A DNA stretch of 64,000 nucleotides from Pecten maximus (Eukaryota), in assembly GCF_902652985.1 (NCBI RefSeq), contig NC_047027.1:21886001-21950000 (forward strand). The letters run 5' to 3'. This document shows positions 51,973 to 62,765 of the stretch, piece after piece. The notes beneath the pieces were generated by a model that saw only the letters and a list, made by a program, of their open reading frames with translations, was not told where the DNA came from and ran no database searches. A program made the translations under genes and the position numbers. Position 1 is the first letter of the stretch, and each line of letters opens with the position of its first letter.

Positions 51973-52769
51973 ATATAGATAATTTCTATTTATATATGTA
52001 GCCTCTCCTTAGAATATTTGTTATTATGATAACGGTTTACATTATGTAGGGTTTGCATCCCACGATTATTGTTATCAGAGACTTTAAAGAAGTTCTGGCC
52101 TGTTTTATTACCCTGTAGGAAGTTAAAATGTTGTTCAAGTTGAACAGTTAAACATATTTATAGTTAAATATTTTGACTTGAGGAAATTGGTAGAATCTGA
52201 GACCAGAAGAGCTTGGTTTATGATGGGGAGTCGTGTTTTGACGTTGAGAAAGTTGTCTGAAACCAGAGAAGATGAGATTTCAAGGCTTCCCATCTATCAG
52301 TTTCCAAATCTTCAAGTTTAGGGGGGGCTCAGGTGCAGAGAATAAATTGTGTGTTTATAAATTCGGAAATCTGTGGTGATAATGGTCTCCTAAAATCAGG
52401 GATATTTAGGAATATTTATGGTTTGTTTGGAGTGTGTTTTCAATTATTTTATAAACACAGTGACTAGGGCCCCCGGAGGACAAAGTAGGTACGGTACAGA
52501 TTAAGGATTATCACGGCAATCTTTGTGGAAGGAGAGAAATATCATCAAGTGGAAAAAAAACAGGACATTGATGAAGGAGAAATATTGAATTTGTACTCTC
52601 TCAATTGAGATTTGTATCTTGAAGTGTGTGTTTAGAGGCTGCACACGAACTGACAAGAAACTATACAACATGGGGGTGGGGTTGGAGGAGGGGGTAGAGG
52701 AGGGGGTAGAGGAGAGGACATTAAGTTAGGAAAGCAGGGATCTGGAGTGGAGGGGGACTGTATAGTGCA

Positions 52770-53120
52770 AGAGGTGGAAGTCATGGAGGGAGGGGAAAGG
52801 GGGGGGGGGCAAGTGGAAGTCATGGAGGGAGGGGAAAGGGGGGGGGGGGCAAGTGGAAGTCATGGAGGGAGGGGAAAGGGGGGGCAAGTGGAAGTCATGG
52901 AGGGAGGGGAAAGGGGGGGGGCGAGTGGAAGTCATGGAGGGAGGGGAAAGGGGGGGGGGGGCGAGTGGAAGTCATGGAGGGAGGGGAAAGGGGGGGGGCA
53001 AGTGGAAGTCATGGAGGGAGGGGAAAGGGGGGGGCAAGTGGAAGTCATGGAGGGAGGGGAAAGGGGGGGGGGGGGCAAGTGGAAGTCATGGAGGGAGGGA
53101 AAGGAGAGGGGGGGGGGGGA
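52770..53120. repeat. G-rich minisatellite, ~35-41 bp unit with variable G-run (9 copies)
   Basis: CAAGTGGAAGTCATGGAGGGAGGGGAAAG(n) repeated. Confidence 0.95.
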
Positions 53121-53854
53121 GCAGCTAGATGGGAGGGGCTATTTACCAATGTCATGTTAAACATCCTGGAGGGATAGAAGGAACAAAATCCATTTCCGAG
53201 TGTGATGTCAACAAAAGTCGATCAAAAGGAGAAGGAAAGGAGGAGGGAGAAAGTTACAGATACCAGCGACAAAATGTTGTACTTTTTCTGGTCTATATCT
53301 TGAAGTACAAGTTAAGTGCAGAGATTCTGATGGGAAAAACATGACGTTCTCGTTGAGTAGGGGCTCTGATGTGAAACGGGTAAGATCTGACGAACCTTGA
53401 TCGTAATGTCCCATCAATGATGAGGAAAGACATTTACAGTATCACCAAATCATGCTGCCACGGCTGGGACCAGGCTCTATATATGGCTCCTATGTATTTA
53501 TAGAGGAACAAATTTGTTCCAATTCCGGAAAATCATATTAGTGCCAGACACTTTCAATATTTTATTCCCATCCATGATGACACTGAACACTGTGTTGGCT
53601 GCCAACTAGTTTATCTGTTAACTGTGAGTATTACAGAGAATGTTGAAATATGAACATATCTCCAGTTTTCAGATCATATTATTGTTATCTCAGCTCTAAA
53701 TGGCAAGTGTATGTTATGAATACTGGAAACATGTCTGACTGGGAGAAATTGGTTGATGAGTTTGTGAGGAAAATGAAAGTATTTTGACTGAATTTCACTA
53801 TCCAGAAATGTTATCATGTTTTGGTGTAATTATTGGTTTAGAGATTGGTTCTTT

Positions 53855-54145
53855 GGAACCATGGTAACAGTGATACAGAAAATAGTCCACAGTAACCATG
53901 GAAATGGTGGTATGGAAAGTACAGTGGTTCCATCGAAACCCAGAAATAGTTGTATAGAAACTGTTCCCATGGAAACCATGGAATTATCAAATAGAAAGTG
54001 GTCCCATGGAAACCATGGCAATCAAGATGAAATTTAAAAAAATGAAAATTGGAAATAATTGTTATCATGGACCCACTGTCTAATGAAACCATATGATAAC
54101 CGTGGTGACTGGACTCATCATATCTTTCCATGGTTGTCATGGCAC
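53855..54145. promoter_or_regulatory. Cluster of RFX X-box-like palindromes
   Basis: GGAACCATGGTAAC 53855, GTAACCATGGAAAT 53892, GTTGTATAGAAAC 53949, GTTCCCATGGAAAC 53963, GGTCCCATGGAAACCATGGCAAT 54000, GTTATCATGGAC 54061, GTTGTCATGGCAC ~54133. Confidence 0.5.
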
Positions 54146-55499
54146 CTGGGTGGTATCACTATATACAGATTAGGAATTTATCATTTTGATTAGTTGATTA
54201 AAAATTCATTCTTTCTCGGAGAAAAACGGAAATTAATGTCAGATGTTCTTATAGAAAGCATGTGTATTTGCATGTGTGCGACAGGCAGGTTTTGTATATA
54301 GATGTATAGGCTTCCCTATTTATGTATTGAGATGTGGTAAGTCGGAGTAATCATCCGATATTAGTCTTGCTGGGCCTCTGGCAGTTTTATCACCATCTAA
54401 ATGAAGCTAGGAAGGAGGCTGATCTGGCCGGAGCTCGTCATGTTTCTGGTGAAAGGGATTTGATTTGGTGGCATCTCCAGCTAAATCAACCACAGTGGTG
54501 AAAATATAGAAAGCTGGGAAAACAGCATGGTTCGAATTAGATGTAATATCCAACAGAAACGGTGTTTATTAAGAAATCTTTTCATGCAAATATTTTCACA
54601 CATCCAGACATTCTGGGAAGGCCAGTGGTGTGATATGATGGAGATGTGTGAAGCCTGCACAGAATTACATTCATTTAGCAGGAATATTAGAAATGGAACT
54701 GAATCAGATTTTTGCGGCTTGTGAGCTGAAATCCGTGATGAGAGGGGGAAGTGAAGTAGGGGGGCTGGGGGATGGAACTCCACCTACAAAGCTTACTGCA
54801 TAATTGCAAAAAGCTGATTATCGCTGTGAACAAACGTACCATACACCAGTATAATTTCATCAAGATCAATGGTACCTTTGTAATGAATGTACCCAATTAT
54901 AAACACTTACAAGCTTAGCATTCACTCTGATCATGTTTGTGTTCCTGGTAGGGCTAATGTCCCCTCTAACTCCACACATCGGCACAGGCTTTCACTGATG
55001 GGGCAGTTTATTTCCAACTCTCAAGGGAGAATTAATCAGCTAAAATTTGTAATAAAAACTGTTTTCTTTATTTTTGGTTCTTTTTGTAATCTTGGGTGTC
55101 CCTTGTTCCTCTAATGGTTTGCTACATTCTTTGATAATGATCATGAGTTATCAGGTATTTAATTTAACCAGAGAATCTGAATAGTTGTTGTGAGAAATCT
55201 GGTCAGATTGCATTGAATTGACAAAAGGATGTTCTGATTGGTTCAAATCTCCACCAATCAAAGAGCATCTTAATGTGTATGGAATAGTTTTCTGCAAATA
55301 TTTTTGAAAATCTAGATCCTAATTTCAGATATATTGTGATAGTGACCCTTTCTTGTCTTATATACAATGTATTGACCCTCAAATATTTCCCTAGTGGTCA
55401 GTTTAGTATGAAAGCTTGATGAGGGTTTATCAAATATTTCTGAGTCATCAGTCATATTTAGCTTACTATTTCAATTTTTTATCATTCTTCAAAAATCAA

Positions 55500-55566
55500 C
55501 CGAGGGGGCTTATTTGTGGGCATGGCTTATTTGTAGGAAGGGGCTTATTTGCAGATATATACGATA
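55500..55566. mobile_element. Right-end remnant of a Tc2-like MITE
   Basis: Three GGCTTATTTG subterminal repeats then GATATATACGATA, similar to the end of 15069-15265. Confidence 0.5.
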
Positions 55567-55722
55567 ACAGCATCTTGTATTTCCTCCAAAATGGTCATGC
55601 TCACAGGTGTCTTTTAATAAGTGGGAAAATAAGTTTCTTAATCATCTTTGACTTTGTACATATACTTTTGTATTTTTCTTTGTACACTTAGAATAGGTTT
55701 TGATTTACCCTTTATTTTCCAG

Positions 55723-55847
55723 GATTCGAGCTTGAGGGCGGAGACAGGATGCGAGTAAGACTGGAAGAGACAAAATGAAGATGGTGGGGGGAAGATTGTG
55801 GAACGCCCACTTTCTGTGTATCTGCTCTCTACTGTACATTTGTCGAG
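55723..55847 (+). other. Exon containing the translation start
   Basis: Acceptor TTTACCCTTTATTTTCCAG| at 55722; donor GAG|GTAAGA at 55847/55848; 125 nt, GC-richer than its flanks. Confidence 0.75.
55775..55847 (+). CDS. First coding segment of a probable secreted or membrane protein (signal peptide MKMVGGRLWNAHFLCICSLLYICR + phase-1 intron); product unidentified
   Basis: CAAAATG start context; in-frame upstream stop TGA 55733-55735; basic n-region followed by hydrophobic FLCICSLLYIC; phase-1 intron, typical after signal peptides. Too short for the ORF track. Confidence 0.68.
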
Positions 55848-58800
55848 GTAAGACTTTCAATATCACTTCCTATTTCCTTTTTAGCTGGAAAAAATATATT
55901 GGGCCATCTGCATGATGTAGCTCTCCTCTTTACCTTTCAGCCGGAGAAAAAATCCCAGCCATCAATCGTAACATCTTCCCTTTCATCTGAAAAAAAAAAA
56001 CTTCACAGAGAGAGAAAAAGATCATCCGTAACTTACTCTCAAATAGTTCTTGCTAAGGAGTTTTAAATTGAAATTGAAAATTGTTGAAATTCAGTTTAAT
56101 AGCTTACAGAAGCAGGCTGATACATAGATGTCAAACAGCAGATAACATGAAATCATGGATAAAGTAAAAATAAAAATTGGATGGAAACAAATAAAAATAG
56201 ATTTCCATTCGATACCAGTAGAGTACATTTTATTGTAGTATCTTTTCAGTTTTTATTACAATTTTTCATGAGAAATATTAATAATTTTCAACTTTTCTTA
56301 GTCATAGTTTCGTATTTTTATTGATCTGTACATGTGGAGTTTGTAAAAAGTAGACAATAAAGAAATAATTTCCTGTTCGTACTCTTAAGGCATGATATCA
56401 AATTCAAACGAGATTCTGATGCTGTCATCTCCCGAAATGGAAACATAGGCAGACACGCAAAGAAGATTCCTTGTACTCAGTGACCTTTTGGTTGTAACTC
56501 CAGCACGTTTTCGTAAACACTTTTTTTGTCTTGGTTAATCAGAAATGTTCCTTAAAGCCATGTATTTATAATGCACCATTCTCTGATGATAATACTACCC
56601 AGCCTTTAGGTACAGATTGGACGTTTCACAGATATGGTAAAAACTGAAGATTTAAGGAAAATTTCAATGCTTTGTTTCCTATGAAATTTCAAAATTGTGA
56701 TAGATAGGTATTTGTATAATTTACCTGGTAATAAACACCAAGTGTCATTCAGTTGTGTTCTGAACAGTATGACGTAGGTTAAGTTCCCCGTCATCATTGT
56801 CAATTTCACACCTTATATAAAGACAAAAGATTTTAAATGTGAGATATCCGGGTCGGATTGGAAACACTTACACTTCTCAGTTAAGGAGCGTTCCGATGTA
56901 TAGAACCGGCAGTCTTGCATGACTGGCCCCGTAAGAGTGGGCTGACCCAACCCACCCACTAGGAGATATTATACTGTTGTTGGTCTAGTCCCAATGTGAA
57001 ATTATCGTATCTGATACCTCAGCATGAAGCTTATCTTTCCGAATTAGATCCGGTAATGTTTTCACGTAACTTTAACAAGTTTTGTTACATTGTACTGTTT
57101 ATTGTCACCACTTAATTTAGTGTAACTCGATCGACGAAAGTCCAGATTATTACCTCCGAATGAAGAGTTCTGTGGAATTTGATTTCAATTTATCTCTGTA
57201 CGTTAACTAAACGGTAAAACATCAATGTCTAAACACTCTTTTTTCTGGACTTTAATATACAAAACCATTAAATATCAACTTCTTAAACTGGAATTTACCT
57301 CGGCCAATTTATGTAAACTTAACTAAATCATTAAATATCAACTTCTAAAACTTCGAAATCTGACAAGTCAACATGTCAAGTTTAATTAGCATGCAGAATT
57401 TTTTATCTTTCAACAATCTGGCAGTAAACGGACTTGCTGTATAGTTAAATGTATCGTGTATCCAAACCAGCTTGAAGTTCCATAGCTTAAACTCAACCCG
57501 GCAAGACAAATTTGAATAAGAAATTTTCAAATTAGTATTTTGTCGAGTTTCAAGTATCAGTGTTCTCATGAAATTCGTTGAAATAAATCTTTTAGACGTT
57601 GACCAAAGAGGTCAGTGTCTTACTCATTTCCGTATGACGTTTAACATATTCTGAAAATGAGATTTTAAGATGTAATTTTTTTGTGCCATGCGGTGGATTG
57701 TACAAGTCTACATCTACGTATCATTTCCTTCACCAGGGGGAACTTTATGTATATTTTTTGTATAATTATATTCTCTTTAACCAGAAGTTCAGTGACCAAG
57801 CTGTTAAGTGAAATGACATGTACATGTATTCATTGCAAAGATAAAACTTTTCAAATTTTTTCTCTTAAATTTTTAAGAGCATACATGCCACCCGTTTTTT
57901 CTCTCTCTTAATTGAATCAATTACTTTTATTACTTAACACTTTTTCCATCAAGACAATTTTCTGAAGTTGTTGTTGATGTCATATTCGCATGTGATAAAA
58001 TCTAGTGGATCATGTTGTCACCTTCCATGGTTCGTCACTAGTACACTTCAATATTTCTAAACAATGATTAATTTGTTATAGTTTTTTTCTGAAAATTCTA
58101 AAGCCCTATTTCAATAAGAATTTGAATTAACTGTCAGCTTTCTGATACATCGGCAATAATGCTGCTATATAGTTTTCACTATCTCTTCATTGCCTCGCTA
58201 TAAATTTCATACAAGATTGTGTGAAATCACATAATTTTGTTTTGATAACTGAAGTCTGTATTCAGACACCATATGTCCTGGAAATCGGAGAGAATTCATT
58301 TTGATTTTTGACTTTATCAATTTAGACAAGTTCGTAAAATTAACTGATGGGAAACATGACGTTTGATGTGTCAGATTGTTACACCTTGTGCTAATGAGGA
58401 ACGAAATATATACGGAGGTGTTTATTACAATGTCGCTATTACCTCGTAATCTATTACAGAAATCGCATATCAACTACAGATCAGGCCGACTCTGGGCTTG
58501 AGCGTCTGCAAACATTTTATCAGCAAAAGTCATCCAGTACATTTCAGGCATTAAATATTTATGAATTATATCATATAGAAAATTAACAAATTGAAATTTT
58601 GTAAGGAAATCCTAGTAGTGTCTCTCTGTGGTATTTTTTTTGCCTGGTACGGAGAGGATTTTTACTACGATTTTCCATATCACTAAACTTCATCAGCCAA
58701 AGGGTGTTTATATTATTCATATAAAAATATTTGGTAGAAAAAAAAAAATCATTTATGCTTGTTATGTTATGTGACCCTTGTATGTGTTAGTATTTTGTGG

Positions 58801-61800
58801 GGATGATCTCACCAACTAGAACGTAGAATATGTTAAAACACTGATGTACACTCTATGGACATTTTAATTCTGTCATATTCGTTGTAGTAGTTCATATATC
58901 CCATTGGTGACTAGAGGCCTGGGCCGTTCCCTTGAGCGTGACTAGTAATGGTTGTGATTCACACATACAAAATAGCTTACAACTTTTACCACAGGTTTAT
59001 TGAAAATTAGACCATTACTTATGGTACAGGTATTTGAATATCTAGGATGTTTCTAGACAATGTCACTACCCCCTGGTCAGATTGTGGGAGCTAATCATGT
59101 GACGCTCCTCACTGTTACACAAACAATGGTTCATGAGTTTTGGCCAATTAGCAGGAAATGACACAGGACTTTGTTGGTCATAAATGGCCAATAATATAAT
59201 TCTGTTAAAAATTACAGAAAGTATGTGTCAGGTTCCTGTGACAATAATGGACTAATTCTAGCCCCTGTGTTGGAAAACCCACACCCTGGCGCCCAACCTA
59301 ATTTCAGAAATGAATGAATTTTTAAAGTTTTTTGATAGCTTCAACTCTGGTTTTCACCTTGCTAATTGATGATAATTGAACAGTATTTTAAATTTGAATT
59401 GAGATTTTAAATTCAAGATTTTAATCTTTTCAAATCTGTTAATGTCTTATAATCATATAATTAATTATGATTAAATTTTCACTTCAAAAGATCTCCATTT
59501 CAGATTGAATAAGTAGCAGTGTTTGACCTACCGACATTCTTTCTCGTCTCATTCATGCTATTTCAAACAGAACTTCTTTAGTTGTACTTTATAAGGTAAT
59601 TAGATGAATTACGTAAGTTATCAAGCAGAAAATGTGCGTGTCACTCCAGGTAATAGTTAGGGACTACCAGTACTTTTCCTTGGGTATATGTCCGAAGTAC
59701 GAAAGTTTGATGTGTTAAATTTGTGGATACCTCTGTTATCCTTTTCCGTTATAATCAAATCAAATATAGCTGCCGTCCGAATTACAAAACAGTATATGTG
59801 GAGAATTCAAATTTTGTTTTGACTTCGGTGGAGACATATAATTATTGTTGTGAGTCCCCACCAGGACAGCCTAGAGATTATAGGTTAGTATCACATCAAA
59901 TGACATCTGGGCCGCGTTTGTAATGGAAGCGGGTCTGTATGGTAGGCAGTGACAGAGATTGAGATATAAATACTTAAGTCTGTACCCATGACGTTATTGA
60001 AGTTTTAATGAATGTGTCCGGTTACGATCAACATATTATAAATGATCGTCAAATTACAGACTACTAAAAAAGCTGAAGCTTTTTCTGTCCATTATCTAAG
60101 GCATTGACAATGATTCAAATCGTCAGCACGGAGATCGCTGTGTAACCGTGGTAATGTCCCGTTGTTATACTCTGCAGAGAGAGGAAGTCGTGGAAACAAT
60201 TTGTGTGTATGCTTTTGACTGGAGTTACATTTCCACAGGAAGTTGGACATTTTTTATGTCCCCTAGATGTCACTAGGGGTATAATTAGTATGATACTATT
60301 ACTCTGCTCTCACTTACTCCAGTTGAAGTTTTACGATCAACACAGATTAAAAATGAACTATTGTTTTCTCAGGAAAAATCCCTAGCTCCAGCGGAAATAC
60401 TAAATGTATGTTTCTTCAAAGATAAAAGAGAACTGTCAGTAACACATTAGCACATGTTTGGTTAGAACAACTGAAGGATTTATTTCTGCCATTTCATTTT
60501 ACTCTTCTTGTCCATTAATCTTTCATCTTTTTACTCCGACTTCCTAACATAGTGTTTGGCACAGTTATGTTTGTATTTGAATTTGTAAGACTGATTTGAA
60601 AACAAAATTGCATAAATTATCTGGTAATTTACTTACAATGCTAAATTCTTTCTGAGATGATTGGATTTTAAAATTTCAGGGGATTATTTCGAGTAGACTT
60701 CAATTTTTATTTCAAACTTTTAAGTGAATTGCACTTTCAGTTCCAAACACAAAAAAATGATATTTGAGATGAGAGACTTTTCAAGGTTCTATGAGCTGGC
60801 TCAAACACTTGATGCATTTAACATGTGTGTGCTTCCCACAGAAATTTAGCAGAAAATTACTAGTAACGTTACAACAACTGAAAAGAGAACAAATCGAGAG
60901 AGTTCAGTTCACAACAAGTACATCAGACCTATTATTCATCAACGATTGATTACAGTGGAGGTTCGCGCAATCTTGTTACATTCGGTGCAAATTGCACCTG
61001 TGTATTGTGTTTTTTTTTCACCAGTAATGACAGTACGGTACTTTCTCCCGAGAGGGAATTACGAGAAGGGACTGTTCTGGTTTCATGGGGATTGTGGGAA
61101 AAATTAGCACAAAAGTGGATGAAGTGGTAGTATATGGAATTCTTTTTTATCATAATTCATAAAAAATTAAGTATTGCTTTTTAAGTGGTAATTAGGTAGC
61201 CATTTGTTTGTCAGTTTTTAGCTGTGTAGCTTGATGCTTCGCCACTCTCAGAAACGGGGTGTGTGGTCGTCATGACGATGTATACACTTATGGTAATGAG
61301 GTGATGCAAGTTCTCTTTTATTAATTACCTTGCGTGACAATCGATTTCAACCGAAGTTCAATTAAGTAAGCATATCAGTTTTACCTCGTTAATGGTAGCA
61401 CAGGTGAAAATTCAGCACCCTCTATATCATCATGACCAGAGTTTGTTACTATGACAACAGCTATTTCTAAGATAATATTTACTGCTTCAGGTGTACGTAT
61501 GATAAGAAAAATGATTAGTGGTTTTATTTTGTAACAATATTAGAACACAAATGTTCAGATGGTGTATACAACTTAATGACAAAACAATCATTTGTCACAA
61601 CTGCAATTTTACACAAATATTGGAAAATTTACAATATTCTGAATTTCATGTCTTCAGTTTTGTCTTGTTTTCAGTTTTGGTGTTTAAGAAAATATTAGAT
61701 TTTTTGCTGTTATTGATATTTCGTAAGCTTACCAAGTATTTAAAATAGCAAGGTAGTGATGGTCTAACATTTATAAATAAAAAGTCTACAGCTATCTTCT

Positions 61801-62180
61801 CATTAGTTTATCTGAATTATTCTTAAAAGAATAAAAAACATCATTTGAAATGCGTGAATGAACCTACTGACCAAATCAAAATTGCTTTCGGTTGCTTTTT
61901 CTGTGATATAATCACGATTGTTGATGTAGCACATCCGTCCAATAATTACTCCCAGACTGATAACACCTTCCGTTATAACGGCTTCTCTGTAAAACTGGAG
62001 ATAAATTGAGAACTAGTTGTCTTCATTATTAATTATATCAGGGTGCACCTGGATAAGATGGGAATATCATTGAAACTCACGGCTCAGCAATCTACATAAC
62101 CTTACCTACATTAGTATACTGCTTTAATGGCCAAATTGTGTGATGTATACGTAGGTTCTAGTAAAATCATTCTTATTTAA

Positions 62181-62473
62181 GGGACCGTGATAGCTCAGTT
62201 GGTTAGAGTGCCAGCCTGGTAGCCTCGGGTGAAGATCCGAGGTGCTTGGTTCGACGCTTCCTACCCGTGTCGGTTTGTGTTTCTCGAGAAGCTGAGAAAC
62301 GGGCCGGTCTGTGCTGTCGTGGTTGTGTCCTTGTATAAGATTGCTCTGGATGGCATGTGATAGGCCTCCGGTATGTTATTCAGTGAGGTAGTCACCAACT
62401 ACTACAAGGAGACTCCACCTCAAAATGTCACCCTTGCTGTTCACTGGGCGATAAAACCAGCAAACAAACAAAC
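62181..62473 (+). mobile_element. Near full-length tRNA-derived SINE with CORE-like and Meta-like segments
   Basis: A-box TAGCTCAGTTGG, B-box-like GGTTCGACGC, GTGGTTGTGTCCTTG (CORE-like), GGCATGT..TGTTATTCAGTGAGGTAGTCACC (Meta-like), (CAAA)n tail; two more partial copies in the window. Confidence 0.88.
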
Positions 62474-62640
62474 TTTACTCTTCAGGACTTTATGGATGCA
62501 CTTCTAAATTTCTAGATACTCTAGTTCTTTTAATGTTTTAATCTGAAAAAGGGAAAACATGGAGCTGAGGACAAAGACTGTGATACAATAAGACAAATGT
62601 CGAAACATTTTCTTTACTGGACCCAGTGACCGTGTCCTCT

Positions 62641-62765
62641 GTCAACATGGATATAAGATGATGTTTTGTATGTGCCCAGGTTGCCATGGTAACTCCCCAG
62701 TGCAACAGTTGGCAGGGTAGACTTCTGATGTACTTCTGTTGTCATGGTGACCTGAGATGTCCATG
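62641..62765. promoter_or_regulatory. Second X-box cluster including a consensus RFX site
   Basis: GTTGCCATGGTAAC 62680-62693, GTTGTCATGGTGAC 62738-62751, GTCAACATGGATAT 62641-62654. Confidence 0.45.

Noticed and set aside
51478-51978. 166 aa Cys/Thr repeat ORF, and similar ORFs at 1685, 3698, 22124, 37633-38004 and 52747
   Set aside because: Each coincides exactly with a minisatellite; substitutions show no visible codon-position bias.
53624-53645. TGAGTATTACA matches the 5' end of miR-12
   Set aside because: The remainder does not match and there is no hairpin. No conserved miRNA was recognised elsewhere by eye.
60120-61425. RE1/REST-like half sites (TCAGCACGGAGA at ~60123, TTCAGCACC at ~61411)
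   Set aside because: Only partial matches to the 21 bp motif.
62181-62270. Possible tRNA gene (also 15850-15910, 23470-23566, 8320-8385)
   Set aside because: A/B boxes are present but there is no complete cloverleaf; each continues into a SINE body or LTR.
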